Under the pieces are notes generated by a model. The model made no database searches. It was not told where the DNA came from and saw only the letters and a list, made by a program, of their open reading frames with translations. From Podarcis gaigeae (taxonomy: Eukaryota), in assembly GCA_964106915.2 (NCBI GenBank), contig OZ066924.1: a DNA stretch of 64,000 bases; one strand, 5' to 3'. Shown here in pieces: positions 27,657-41,979 of this stretch (the first letter of the stretch is position 1; each line of letters starts with the position of its first letter). A program made the translations under genes and the position numbers.

Positions 27657-28024
27657 TAAAAGGTAAAGGTAAAGGTACCCCTGCCCGTACGGGCCAGTCT
27701 TGACAGACTCTGGGGTTGTGCGCCCATCTCAGGGGCCAGCGCCAGGGGCCAGCGCTGTCCGGAGACACTTCCGGGTCACGTGGCCAGCGTGACATCGCTG
27801 CTCTGGCGAGCCAGAGCCGCACACGGAAACGCCGTTTACCTTCCCGCTGGTAAGCGGTCCCTATTTATCTACTTGCACCCGGAGGTGCTTTCAAACTGCT
27901 AGGTTGGCAGGCGCTGGGACCGAGCAGCGGGAGCGCACCCCGCCGCAGGGATTCGAACCGCTGACCTTTCGATCGGCAAGTCCTAGGCGCTGAGGCTTTA
28001 ACCCACAGCGCCACCTGCGTCCCT
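27657..28024 (-). mobile_element. Full-length Sauria SINE (lacertid type) with TSD
   Basis: Minus strand GGGACGCAGGTGGCGCTGTGGGTTAAA (A box)...GGTTCGAATCC (B box)...(ACCTTT)n tail. 11-bp TSD aatgtaggctg at 27646-27656 and 28025-28035. Confidence 0.95.
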
Positions 28025-29777
28025 AATGTAGGCTGAGTAACATCTAAATCAGAACATATGGCATATCCAATTTTTAATGTTCAGTTATCAAACAGTCAGT
28101 GGACTACCAAAAATAGTCACTATCATATCACTAAGAGTTATCAGTGCAAAGCATCTTAGTCATTTTGGCAACAGCAGCAAAAAAAACCCTAATGTAGAAT
28201 GCTTTCCAAAGATAAATGGGAACTCTTTGATCCTGCTATTAGGCGTAGGGTTGTTTCAGACATTTGAAAATGTTAATTAGAAAACCAAATGCTCCTAATT
28301 TAGCACATTATCATTATAATGTTTAAAATTATCTTATACTATTGCATGTTTACATTATAGATCCATCTTTATTGGCTCTATGCTGTGCTTCCCTTCTTTT
28401 TCTTCTGTTGAAATGTCAGTTTTTGCATTAACTTATACACTGCTTTACAAACACTAAACTTCAATTTGCTAATGCTGTTGGTTTAGACTACTACTATTGG
28501 CTTCAGTTAAATCTGCCACTTTTGCATCCAGCACTTTCTAGATGGTTTGCATCTTTCTGCAGAAGGTTTATCCTTTAAATTAGCATGGCATTTCACTGCA
28601 CCACCCCATTTTTAAAAACAGTATTATACAGGCAGCATCCAATTTGTTGTGTATCAATAACCCTCTATAAAGGCATGATCTAGACATCTTATATGGTTGA
28701 TTTTTAAAAAAATTAAAAGCTTTTCACAAACTCTGTATTTAAAAATAAGTAGGTGTGCAACCACTGGAAAGTTTCATATAAGGGAATGTGGCCACTGGGC
28801 TAAAAAGGATTCTTCAATTCTGTTATACTGAACATTGAACAAGATAGGTGAACATCAGGAACTTTTTTTTTTTTTTTTTGAGCAAGGGCCTCAGATCAAA
28901 GTTAATACTTGGACTCTGCCTCCTGTAGAAAACACTGGCCGTCCCAGTCTACAGTGAATTATTTTACCATTTATCTGCTGGAAAGGACCATACTAACAAA
29001 GGTGCCATATTTCCTTTATAATATCAGTGATTGATACTGACTGAAATTTAAACTATGTTTCGCATTTGGCCCCTCCAGACATTATTCTGTTTCCATGGCA
29101 GCATGTTCCTCAGACTAAGTCTGTCTCTAAAACATAACACAAAAACTTATTTATACAAAATGTCTAGGACTTGTTAAACAGAGCAACAACAAAACCCCAT
29201 GGGCCAACAATTGTTAGGCATAGAGGCAGTAGAGGTAGAACTATATGCTAAACAGAACTATTTCTCCCTGATGCTACTTGTTTTTAGAAATACTTTTCCT
29301 TGGTGTTTGTTCATTGGTGTTTTGGCATTGTAACTTACATATTTTATAGATGATGACATAGAATTGCTGTTCACCAATGCTTAGCTGATAACTTTTCCAT
29401 TACAACATCTTGATTTTTATTGTAAACAAAACCTGGGACTTGTAATTATAGGTATGGTTTCGATATGATAAGTTGTAAAAACGTTTAAACATCTCTGCAC
29501 AACAAGGAGACTTACTTTTGAGAATTAACACACACATATGTTATATGCCCCTTGTTATTCCCCTTCACCTGAAAGGAATAGGATTAGTCTTTCTTTAGAT
29601 TCTAGTAACAACTATCACAAGCAGATACAAAAAAACAGACAAATGTTGCCCAATTGCCTTGCAGTGTGACATACTCACCAGCAGATTTTAAGATGTTGTT
29701 TGGTTTCAAACAACACAGCTCAAGTAGGATAACTCATTGATTTTCTGTATGATGGAGATCACAGCACATTATTTTGA

Positions 29778-30198
29778 AATAATAATAATAAATTTTATTT
29801 ATATCCCGCCCTCCCCAGCCGAAGCCAGGCTCAGGGCGGCTAACAACACTAAAACAGTACAACATTATAAAACATTATAAAAATGAATTAAAATCAAAAT
29901 TAATGGCAACCATAAACTAAAGTCTTGTAAAGATTGCCAAAGGAGGGAGTCAGGCTGCGCCCTGACCAAAGGCCAGGTGGAACAGCTCTGTCTTGCAGGC
30001 CCTGCGGAAAGATGTCAAGTCCTGCAGGGCCCTTGTCTCTTGTGACAGAGCGTTCCACCAGGTTGGAGCCGCAGCCGAAAAAGCCCTGGCTTTAGTTGAG
30101 GCCAGCCTAACCTCTCTGTGGCTTGGGACCTTCAAGGTGTTTTTATTTGAAGACCGTAAGTTCCTCTGTGGGGCATACCAGGAGAGGCGGTCCCGTAG
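29778..30198 (-). mobile_element. 5'-truncated L2 LINE 3' end
   Basis: Peptide ARAFSAAAPTWWNALSQETRALQDLTSFRRACKTELFHLAFG, followed by a 3'UTR with gccgccctgagc...ggcgggatataaat and a (TTA)n tail. Confidence 0.88.
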
Positions 30199-32019
30199 GT
30201 TAATGTTATTCTGTAATATCTGTCTTTCTTCCCAAATCTCATGCGTGGAATTTTTGCTTCTGCTGAAAGTAGAAAAGAGACACCCCCCCCACAGGTGGCT
30301 GTCATTCTAGGGCCATTCCTTTAATGCTAATGGGACTGTTGTGATGCCAGTGTATTATGGACTCCACCCTAAGGACTTTATCAGGAGTCTCTGGATTATT
30401 TTGTTTCTATATACTCTCATCTGAAGACTCAAGATGCCAGAAAATGGGTAACTTCATTAAGTACATCTAGTTTCATTCACCTTGTAGACTTTTCATCAAA
30501 GCTCTTAACGAAACCCACAGCTGCTAGTATGCAATTAAAATATTAGTTTCTTTTGACTGATAAAGAATGTTTCATTTAGAACACAATTTAAACACATTGT
30601 TTGATTCAAGAGTTGCAAACAGATTGTGTACAACAATGCCATCAGAACAAAACATCCTTTCACCAAGTACAGCTTCAGTTAAATAATTCTCATTTTAAAA
30701 CTGTGATTAATGAATGGATTGATTACTAATTAATACAATGAATGCTTTCAGCCTCATGTGCTAATTTCCATGTTAGCCCTGTTTGACAAAACTCATATCT
30801 GAAAGACTTTTTGAGTTTACTTTGAACTACAAGCATTAGGCCACTGTGAACCATTTTTTTATGTTTTAAGTTAGAAAAAATAAGGGTGGACTGTGATACA
30901 TGTGAAATAAAATAACACACTTATAGCTTGAATATATATATAGTTCATTTTCAGTCTGACATTCAGCTGTGGAATTGCAGTATTGAAAGCATTTTCTCCA
31001 ATATGCTTTTACAGTACATTTTTTGCACATCTAATGTAAACTACTGATTCATTTGCAGAGCTGCAGCTTTTATCTAGCTTTTTCTCTTTCTTTGACTCAT
31101 TGGATTATAATAGGCGCAGAGTTGTATTGATTACTATAACTTGCATGGGAAAATCTTTCTGCTTCAGATTGGCTATAAATTATAAATAATGTATCTCAAA
31201 AGGCTGTGTGTTAAAAGAAGCAATGTTCTTCTGAGACACTCTCATGTAAAGCTCTTAAGGCAGAGGTTATTAACTTTATGATTGCACTATTGGTGTACTT
31301 GACCCGTAGCAATGATCACTATCCATAAAATCGTAGACTAGATAACCATTGTCTGCCTTTTCCAGCAATGTTCATTAGCAGAGACCACCAAAGATCACTC
31401 TAATAAGCAGAGGGTCAATATTCACTGCATCAGTATAAATTTGTTTGGTGCAACAATGAAGTTATCCTCCCTTCCACTCCACCTAAAAAAGCAGTACTGT
31501 GTAATTGGGGTGTATAGATTTTGTACATATTGGCTGCTTCTGGACATAATGCTAAACTATTGTTTAGTGCAGAGATGGGGAACTGTATTTGGCTTGTGGT
31601 TTAGAGCCAGATGTGTGGGACTGCCTATCTGCCAATCATCTGATGTCAGGTGATTCAACATCAAAGGAAGAAGTGGGAGTGCACTCCCAATTCTTCATAT
31701 CTTCTTTTGCAGCCCCAGCTTGAATTCAATAAAACATAGTTAATATTAAGCAGAGTTTGAAGTTTGCTAAGCAGCTGCTAATTAAAAATGGAAGTGAAAA
31801 CTTCAGATCTCCTCGCAGCCACTCCAGAGTGGAGAAGGGAGCACATGAGTTCAAGGCTCGTGAACATAATGCTAAATTGTATTTTAGTATTTAACATCCC
31901 TTTAAATTGAAACACATTTGCCATTTTAATGCTGATTCATCCAGTTTATGGTTTTACCACTCTGAACAATTTGGTGTCACAACAGACTTGGCCCCCTCAC
32001 TGCTCACCTGTAACTGCAG

Positions 32020-32190
32020 TTAATGTATGAACAAATTTAAAAGCACTGGTCCAGTGCAGGATCTTGGGAACCCCACTGTTACATCCTTTGATTGTGACAA
32101 CTGTCCATTTCCTACTCTCTTGGGTTCTTCAAATAGTTACTGATCCATTAGAGGACCTGCCTTCTTATCCCATGACCATTAACTTACTCC
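32020..32190 (-). mobile_element. Old CR1 RT fragment
   Basis: Reverse complement agtggggttcccaagatcctgcactggaccagtgctt approximates the SGVPQGSVLGPVL motif. Confidence 0.6.
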
Positions 32191-35100
32191 TCTTTTGGTT
32201 TTTGCCAAAATGATCCATGTTCCACAACTTACTTTCTACTCAAGTTGTTTTGGTCTTAAAACTGAAATATATGCCTTCCTGGTATTTTGCAGTGAAGTAT
32301 GGAAAATTCCTGTAGCCTCATAGTTTTGACTATTTAATGCACGTTACGTGGAAAACCTAGATCAATATTTGCTGTGCAATAAAAACTTAAGGATAATATA
32401 TTTGCTTGGACTGCTGAGACATAGTCAAAAAGAAAATAATTTAAGTTTAAATTTCTCTTATGAAATTCAGATAAATGTATTGTTTGTTAGGGTTACTAAA
32501 TTTTCCACAATAGCACAACATAAAAGGAAATGATCATTCAAATAAATGTGGATTATACATTATCTGTGATTTTGGTGTACCTGTGGGGTCAGCCCCAAGA
32601 TATTTTGCTGCCTGAGTTGAAGGAGAAGGTACCACCCTCACCCACCTCAATTTTGTGTACAGAAACTGACCAGATTAATCTGCTAGTTTTACATCTACAC
32701 TGGCAATGGGACACAGCATCTGAGGGCAGCAGGCTAGCTGGGAGGGCACAGAGCCAGCCAAATGGCACATACAGCTCTGTCTTGCTACTGCCTGGCTCCC
32801 AGCATTTGCTTCCTGAGGCAGCTGTTTCACTCTCCCTCTACCATTCACACAATTTTCTGCTCGGTATTTTTGGCTGGTGTTCCCTTGCTGCTGTTAGTAG
32901 TAGAAACATGCATGGCAATTACATGGATTATGGGAGTTGCAAAATGGGGGTACTGCTATTTGTGTGGAAATGAAAGGGGGGGAAGCCAAACAGAGAAGAA
33001 TCCCCTGTAAAAAGCATGTTACCTGGTATTTTTAAAAGATCCAGTGCTTCAAGGGACAAGATGGCCATGGCTACTCTTGTCTCTACTTCCCCCAGGCCTG
33101 TCATCCATCCATCCGTAAATGTGGCAAGAAATAGAAGCTACATCCATCTCATGTTTAGCTTCATTGTAGAATTTTAAGGCACAGGTTGAATCTGATAACC
33201 ATGTGGGAAAATAAATCAAAGTGACATGGGATTAACACAATATTTTGCCTTGTAATTGTGAGCATGCCATGAAAAAGAAGAGTAGGCAAAAGAGGAGTAG
33301 AAAGATTGGTATAAAACTGTGTAAAAGCACTAAGAAATTGAGGTTTTGATGTTGATTTAGAATTACGGTAGCCTAGATGTGAACATACCCATAACATTCT
33401 CCCACACACATCTCAATTATGTAGGGCTGCAGACTTGCCCTTTTTAACTCTGCAGAAAACAATATATTCCCTGAGTAGCCTTGTTATTCACAATGACATT
33501 AGTTTCAATGAAAATCCTCCTCTTAAATTTCAATCCTTGCTTGGAATAAAAGAGGTGCATTTTCTTTTCAAATGTATGTATTTATATGGTTTCTCAGGTC
33601 TGTCCCTGATCTGTCAATTACTTATGACCTTAGTATTAATCATTGCATTTATCTTTAAATGAATTCCCCTTCGACTCTACAGCACAATGTATGATTCCAT
33701 GGCATCATCTTTTCTAATGTCCATTTTATACATCATGCTGTTTGTCCTGTCCCCACCCCCACCCCTGTCCCAAACCCTGCTGTGTGCATGTCTCAAGGAA
33801 TTGTTGGGTTAATGCTCAGGTGGTTGTTTTGGCTGTTTCTCTGGTGCTTTGCATAATTTCATTTGATTAGTAGACTTGGCAAATACGATATTATCTTGTT
33901 TAAATGTACCTAACATGAACTTGGGACACCAGTTGTCGTTTAATTCAATTCTAAGAATAAATGATCCATGTGGATTTATTAAGCTATAAGATGCTTACAA
34001 AAAATAAATACTGTGTTTGAAAACAGAACAGCTTTAAAACCAGCTGCTGCAATGAGGCTTGACAGATTCACAATGCTTTCAATTCACAATACTCTGTGCT
34101 TTTAACATTCACATAGAAAGGAGAAGTGTGTCAGATGCCTGTTCTCCTATTAGAGTACTGCAGTGGTAAGAAAACAACACCAGTAGGTACAAATATTCTC
34201 CCTTGTTAAGCAATGAACAGTAAAATATGTCTACTCAGAAGTAAGCCTAATAAGATCAGTGGGCCTGAGTGCCAGGTAAATTCTTGATTCACATTGACAG
34301 CCTCAACACAAGCAGAGAGCACTGTTACGTTAAAGCTCAACAAAGCTCAAAAAAGCACCAATTGTATGGACTGGTGCCTTGATATGAAGGCTGTCCTTAT
34401 GCCTCCTTTATTTGCATAATCATGGCAGCCCTTTTGGATGCACCACAATCACATATCATAGCAGCTGTGTGGACAGCCTTCATGTGAAGACTCTGGTTCA
34501 TGCAATGGTATACTGACTGCATGAGTCTGACAGCAGCCCACATGATGTTTGCTTTCAAGTGAGCTACTGACCAGACCTAAGCCATACGTATCCTATTAGG
34601 TGAAGAGGCCCACTGCATGCTCATGGTATCTTTGCATATGTGTTCAGCAGTCTGTGTGGAGTCTTTATGAAGGAGTGGATTTGTTTTAGAATAAGTCCAT
34701 CTTTTTATTTTACACAAAACAAGTTTTACTGGACTGAGTCATTAGTTCAGACGTGCTCTATGCAGCTGTATGTTATGTCTGCCTTAGTACCTGTTATTAT
34801 CAGACTGAAGATCGTTTTAGAGCTACATGAGGGCAAATGCCTGCTTTACACTACAGCAATGAACCTCAGATCCCTGTTATGTGTGACCATATCATGCATG
34901 TGTTAGTGAACACACATTTTTGACATATTAAACATTTAATGTGTAAGTGGACATTTTAATAGAACTGCTAACCGTATGGTAACACTTAACAATATGTAGA
35001 GGACTAATCTGTATCCTCTAGCCTTATCATAAGCCTAGTATTACCAGGATCCCTGAATTTTCAAACAACTGTTGGAATGTAGTGGCAGGCAACAGCCAGC

Positions 35101-35379
35101 TTGCTATGTGAATCAAAATGCTTCAGTGGATGTTTAAAATTGCTGTTCTATGAAACCTACAACATATCCCCTAACATGCAAGGTATGCATAGGCTATTTG
35201 CAGTATACTTCTAAATTATGTCTAATGTGACCCGAAGACTACGGAGAAAGAGAAAAATACAAAAGGGTTTACTAAAAGCAAAAATTCTAATTGGAAAGAA
35301 ATCAGCAGTAGAATATCCCTGTGACCATTCTTAGGCTGAAGTTTATTCAGTATTTTTATTAGTAATAGAAAGAGAAGTA

Positions 35380-36190
35380 GGGGTGTTTTGATTAAATTTG
35401 CAGCTGATACTGAGCGAGGAGGCAGTGTCAATACAAGGAAGGATCAGGAAATTATGCAGACTGAAATAGATGATCTCATGAACTGGTGTAATAATAAAAA
35501 TACAAGAAAATTCATTATGTGTAAGGTCATGCATTTGGGACTGTGGGCTCATCAAGTAGGAACAACTGGGGAAGAAAGAGATTTCAAGATACTGGGTGGT
35601 CACAGGGTGAAAGTGAACTACCAATGTGATGCTGATGCAAAGAGGAAAAAGTAAAGTCTACAAGCTTATAAGGCAAAGTCTGTTCTTGGATTTATTAGGG
35701 TAGGAAACTTTTGTAGGAACAAAAGAATTATTGGTACCCTCGTACTAGGTGCTGATAAGACCACATCTGGAAAAATGCTTCATGTTGGTTACCCATTTAA
35801 ATAAAAAATGTTCAAAATGGAATCCATGCAAAAAGCAATCAAGTTGGTTAAGTAAAATGTATTTTCTGAGTAGATGTTTCAAAGGTTTTGCCCCTTTAGC
35901 TTATAAAAAGGAGACTGGGAAGTGATATGACAGCACTATACAAATTTTGCTAGAGGAAGTAGTACAGAAAGGGAGATGAATTTAGGCTTTAAAAACCAGG
36001 CATATAACATCACTGGCTACATATTTGAAAAAAGCTTTTATAAAAATTACAGGTCTCAACCCATGAAATAGTGTAGAACATACGGTAAGTTCACTTGGAT
36101 TCATGATAGGGCCACCGCACTTCATATGGCAGCCATGCCTTTAGTGTAACCACTGAATTTCCTCGTGTTTAAAGAGGGCTTGAATTTATT
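35380..36190 (+). mobile_element. Old CR1 LINE ORF2 3' fragment
   Basis: IKFAADTERGGSVNT...EIDDLMNWC...CKVMHLG corresponds to the CR1 motif KFADDTKLGG...KCKVMHLG. Downstream ggtgctgataagaccacatctgga approximates LVRPHLE. Confidence 0.8.
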
Positions 36191-36414
36191 TATTTTTTAA
36201 GGTTTCAGAAAATAACAAAGATAGGAAGCCCAAGATCCAGCATACCTGTCTGCAGATTATCTATACCACATACCATATTCATTGTCTAGCAGGTAATATT
36301 CTGAGAATCTCCTATTCCCTTTCTTGTAAAGCTATGGTGAAGATTCACGTCACCAGTAAATGCACAAGTTGATTTCTGTGCCAGCACCTGAAATTAGACA
36401 TTTTCTGCAAGAAG

Positions 36415-36495
36415 CCAATAACTCCCATCATCCATTAACACTGGTCATGCTGGCAGGGGCTTATAGCAATTGTAATCCAACAACATCTACAGAGA
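36415..36495. mobile_element. Short palindromic MITE remnant common in lizards
   Basis: aactcccatcatcc...ctggtcatgctggcagggg...ttgtaatccaacaacatct. Confidence 0.5.
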
Positions 36496-36990
36496 TGTCC
36501 CTGTCAGTTGTTGTTGTTGTTGTTCCTAGTCCAATGCATCCAACTGAACTGAATTTAGTTGGATTGGCATAACCTGAAATAATTGAAAATTTCAAGCATC
36601 ATCAGGTCCTTGGAGAAATATTTTGACATTACCACTGTAGCGTATCAACCTAGGTATGTTATCTGCAGGTGAAGATTTGTATTGAAATCTTCTTTTCTGC
36701 ACATCAGGACAAGCTTTTGTTTTACATAGCTTGCATACTCCACAACAGGGACTCATTGTCCTACAGAAACTTGTAAACTCTGCGGAAGGAGCACTTTGTC
36801 CTGCACAGTAGGCAAACACCTACTCAGGCAATCTCCAGGTGTAAATTATAGCATCTCTAATCTCAGTGCCCTATACCAAAAGAGACTGTAATACTCAGAA
36901 GAGGAGTTTGGGGAGTTTCTGGGAGCAGCAGCAGCAACAAATAATTTAAATTGAATTTCTGCCCCTGTCATGAGAAAGGCCAGAAATGTT

Positions 36991-37007
36991 TAATAATAGT
37001 AGTAGTG

Positions 37008-37079
<72 letters not shown>
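36991..37079. repeat. Compound (AGT)n(AAT)n microsatellite
   Basis: Direct reading; source of the spurious poly-Leu ORF at 36946-37152. Confidence 0.95.
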
Positions 37080-37374
37080 TAAAGTGCAGCTGTTTATTAT
37101 TTTGCACATTCACTAGTGATAGCAGTTTTCTGGAAATATAAAACTCAATCATACTTAACTTTCTTCCTGCTTAAAGTTAGAATCTAGTACACACTTCTTG
37201 TAGAGTAAGCCCCACTGAAATCTAAATAAACATGCAACGAATTGCACTGTAGATGTCTAACATCTCAGTATTTCCCCCCATTCCTATTAATGCTTATTTT
37301 GCTTTCCATTTTGTAGATATTTTCCTAATTTAACATTAACACATTTATTTACTATTCCAGGTTGTTAATGATGT

Positions 37375-37418
37375 TTTTAAAACATGAGCCTAATACTTTT
37401 AAAACATGAGCCTAATAC
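37375..37418. repeat. Perfect 22-bp tandem duplication
   Basis: ttttaaaacatgagcctaatac repeated twice. Confidence 0.9.
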
Positions 37419-38449
37419 TTTGCCCAATCCCACTGAAGTTAATTGCATATTTTCAACTGTCTTCAGAATAGTCATGCTTTTACTCTGGAATCCTGGGCCT
37501 AAACATGAACTCTAGCTTGTCCGCCTATGTCATTGATATAATCTCATAAATTGTTCTACAGACAATGGCCAGTTTAGGAGCATCCAAATGATGCACGATC
37601 AAACAGGGAAGTAGCCCCCAAACGTCATAGAGGTGTCACGAAAAGGGGAAGACAGAATGGGGCAGAGTGGAGCGGATTGTATTGTATTAAAACTATCCTA
37701 TTCAGTCACACAGTAAATCTAAGACAAGCACTTGGTGATATGATTTATACCCAGTTGTTGAGAGAATATTTGTAAGATGTTACAGTTGGCCCAACACACC
37801 TGCAGAGCCATTTTAATAATAATAATAATAATCACCTCCCCAAAGAAGCATAGGCAAGTAATGCTTAGAAATACTTCTGTGTGTACTGTACAACATTTTC
37901 TGAATTATTCCCTTCACATGCAAAAAGATGCTAAAATCCAACACTTTCAATATTCAGAATGGCATGCACTGTCCTGCTGGACACACCATGCAAGAAAGTC
38001 AGCATCCCATGTGATTTATTCACCTTCTTTCCCCAGCAGCTTGTACAGTTCTGCCAGACCAAGGCAAGAAGAACCTTACACGCATTCTAGTGCTGCACGT
38101 GAGGTTCTCTGGATTGGGGTCACTGCATATGACCTTCTAATTCTAGAAATGTTGCTTCTGCCCCTAGTTATCTAGCTCTACCTGTATACAAATGGGAGGT
38201 AATGGAAACTTCTCAACCCACTAGGTTAATAATACTGCAGTTCTTTATGCATATCTCCAGGAAAACCATTACTGTACTGGACAAACAGAAAATCATCCAT
38301 GTTACCGCCTAGACATTTAGTAATTCAGTGTGATATAATTATTGACATGTCTACTTCTATTTATTCCTAAATTTCACATTACCTTATAGGTATGTGTGGA
38401 TTTTCCCCTTTTAAGAATACCATTATTATTTTCTCTGAATTGCAATCAA

Positions 38450-39000
38450 ATTTGCCACAAGTGATTTCTTCTTCTTCTTCTTTTAAGTAATACAGTAGTT
38501 GCTTCCCACCCACACGAGTGCTCTGGCATCTTCCTGATTCTGCATGAGTTTTCAGAAATAATTGCCAGTAGTTCAGCAAATTCATTAACTAATTCCCTTA
38601 CGACTCTGTGATGCTTGTCATCCAGACCTGCTGATTTGTATATTATTTTTTTCTAAGTATTCCCACATCTGTGTATTATTTTTTCTAATCCAACAGCTAT
38701 ATTGACAAGGTCTCCATTGTTCATCAGTACTACTTTTCTGTATTTTTAGACTGATATTAAAACTATCTACTATCTTACCCCTTTTAGACAAATTAAATCA
38801 TTCATTAGTAGATCCACTTTGTGTTTACTATTTTTCACTTAGTATTTTAAAAATTATTGCTTCCTTTGGCTAGCATGGCTCCATTTTGCATTTCTTCTGC
38901 CTTCATCTTTAAATTGCTACATTTTAAATTGCCTCAGATTTTAAAATGGCCGCCTTGAAAATTAATGATTTCCAAAGCAGTTATTTTCTACCCTCATATA
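38450..39000 (-). mobile_element. Ancient CR1 LINE fragment (pre-RT region)
   Basis: Reverse complement near 38570-38640 translates YKSAGLDDKHHRVVRELVNEFAE, similar to CR1 KSPGPDGIHPRVLKELA. Confidence 0.6.
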
Positions 39001-39483
39001 TTGAAACAGTCCCCTGTGAAACTACATGAGCTCTTCATGTTCAGTGCTTCTGGTACAATTGAAAAATCTTAAGGGTAGCAAGATTTTAGGTTGTTCTTAC
39101 CTTCTCCCACTCATTGATTTTAATACACCCTCTCATTACACCATACTTCTCAGATTGCTTAAATCCCATAAGGTTTATTCCTTGAAGTTGTTTTTGTGGC
39201 TTTATTCTATTGCATTGCTCAGTGTGGCTGCACTGAATTTGAATAGTTTTTATTCACTTGGTACAAATATTTCATATTTCAGCCTCCAGTTTTGTACTTC
39301 GGCAAAGAACTTATACTAATAGCTGCCTCTCCCAATGATTTCAGTCAGTTCAGCTACGTGGTAATCAGTGACTTTGATCATAGACATCTAGCTACATTTT
39401 GTCAACCAAGCATTTCATGAAGTTCCTATATAAAAACAATCGGCTAGATAGTAATTAGGAAACCTCAGTTAGCTATTGCCTTA

Positions 39484-39562
39484 AGCTGCAATCCTAACTC
39501 CGCTTACTAGGAGTAAGCCTCACTGAGTAAGACTTACTCCTGAGTAGACATGGTTGGGATTG
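39484..39562. repeat. Short palindromic interspersed repeat (CTGCAATCC...GGATTGCAG family); related copies near 7810-7880, 34225-34300, 37180-37250, 47830-47932 and 50446-50520
   Basis: Shared motifs gcaatcc, cttact, gagtaag, gagtagacat and ggattgcag across several degenerate copies. Confidence 0.6.
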
Positions 39563-41807
39563 AATTTTTTGTTACCATAATTTTTCATAAGAAAAAAGAA
39601 TGGAGGGCACTGCCAAAACTAGCCAAAAAAAGCAAAGAGAGGAGGTGAGACTCCAGAGTCCAGCAGGTGCCAGAACAGAGGACTTTTTGTAAATGAAGTT
39701 TTTATGAGCTTGTTCCTCAGGGACAGCAGTTCAGGTTCTTCTATATCAAAAGATGCTTTTGAAGCAGTTTCGTTGTCGAAGCTTCCTTGTCCCTAGAAAT
39801 GTGCTGCTGAAGTCCAGTGTCTTCTTAATTTTACATTAGCTTAAAAGTGGATTGGATAGCCATATACAGGTGCACTGTAATTTGATTCCTGGTTCCTGAT
39901 CCCAAAATAATACATGCCAAAAGAATCCTGCTTTCCTACATTGATTCCCTAACTTATATTAGTAGCAGAGCCATGGGGAGCAGATAAAATGTTGTTCTCG
40001 TTCCTCTTCCTTTGTCCCTCCATGGATATTTTTTTATGTCCCATGCAAAATTCTGTGTAGAAATTGGACTGCACTTGTATTCCTATCCAAAGTTTACTAT
40101 CTGGTTCACTGTGATTTTGATCAATATTTTAACACATTACTTTATTCTCTTTATTGTGAGAATAAATAATATTGTGCAAATATTTCATTTACCATGAAAT
40201 GACATGCCTATTATTTTCTGCTACTATTTGAATACATATTTTTGCCTCCTGCTCATTTCCATTTGGCAAAATTGTTATATAATGAGAAAATCAGATCAAT
40301 GGAACATTCCATGGATGGTGGCCATAATGTTTTACTGTGAAATCCTAGAAAGATGTGCTACTCTTTTTTCCCTCTCTCTCTCTGATAGTTAACCATGAAT
40401 ATCTATGAGCAAAATGTGACATCTCAAATGTTATGAAGGGTCAGCATTTATACTTGACAATATGAGAGGACTAAGATTTTAGAGCAATCCTAGTCAAGCA
40501 ACAGATCATCATAATTGTAGAAACTAAAAAGTCATTGTAGCGATTGTACCACAAGGGAAATTGTTCATCCATCAGTAAGATTGTTACAAGGTAAGAGACA
40601 ATGAGGAAAGGGAGTTAAAATTGCTTTAGCCCATTGAGTCATCAGTTCCCTCTAGATTCAAAAGCCTGAATTGGTTTTGGAGAGAAGTGGCATAAGAGGA
40701 TTGCTACGGGAAATCTTAACAAGTTGATCATAGTCTCAGTAACACTAGCAAGTGTAAGTATGATCTCTCCTAAGGAAAAGTGTAGGTTACATATTGAAGG
40801 AGAGAGAAAAGGATGGGGGTACAATTAGCACATGTCTTCTTTCACTGTTTTTTGGTCATGTGGATTTGGAAGATGGCTGTTCACAAAGGAAAACAGATGT
40901 GATAAATAGTGAAACATTCCCATCACTCTGCAAGTAATTTATTGTAAATGTAGGCCTATATTTACAAATGAATGTTTACTGGTTTATGAGAGAGAGATCA
41001 GTGGCAACATAAAGGGATAAATGTTAGTTGTGCTATGGATGTGGAAGATGTGAAAAATATTTGTGCAGAGTAGCATCCTACAGTACTAATATGTAAGATT
41101 AAAAATTGTGAATGGAGATTATTGACTACCTTTATGTTCTGCTTAAACGCAATTAGAAGTGGGGACAGTAATGTAATTGTGGCTACCTGTTTAAGAGAGT
41201 GTATAAAGTGGCCAATTGTCTTTTTGCAATTTTAGTCTATTTGCTAAAACATACGAGATATGTGCGCCAGATTTATCTATGGGCAGGTGAGATATCTTTG
41301 AAAAAGTGCTATCTATCTTTTTCTTTGTGTTACAAGGAATTCTTTGTGCCCGTAAAGTCCCCAGGATGTTTGCTGTGATACAAAGCACTTTGTTTTAAAG
41401 GTGCTTGTATGTGATGGTTAATGCATTTTATAAAAGGCATCTGTGGAAGTGATATCCTTCTTTGAAGTGACCTGCCTTAAGTGTTAAGAGTGTAGGGGAA
41501 TATATGTGCAAATTAGATTTGAAAAGCAAACCTCTCCGGTGGGATGTATATGCACTGTAGAAGGGTCTTTGTGTAATAGTTGCCTCTGGAAAGGGATCTC
41601 TTTATGGGAGTAGTAAGAATGTTGGTTTTGTAAGGAAGTGGCTTTGCAACTGTATGCTAGTATTACTACCATTGGTATGATCCAGCAGGGACTCAGAATA
41701 TATATTTTTTGTATCACTCCCATCCCAGAGACACCCAACCACCCATCAGGAAAGCTCTCCTTCAGGGTAGGCCAGGGCCATCATGTCCTTTATTGTTGTA
41801 ACTCCCA

Positions 41808-41979
41808 NNNNNNNNNNNNNNNNNNNNNNNNNNNNNNNNNNNNNNNNNNNNNNNNNNNNNNNNNNNNNNNNNNNNNNNNNNNNNNNNNNNNNNNNNNNNN
41901 NNNNNNNNNNNNNNNNNNNNNNNNNNNNNNNNNNNNNNNNNNNNNNNNNNNNNNNNNNNNNNNNNNNNNNNNNNNNNNN
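41808..41979. other. Assembly gap
   Basis: Run of N. Confidence 1.

Noticed and set aside
28003-28023. CTCF-like sequence cagcgccacctgcg
   Set aside because: It is the tRNA-derived A-box head of the Sauria SINE.
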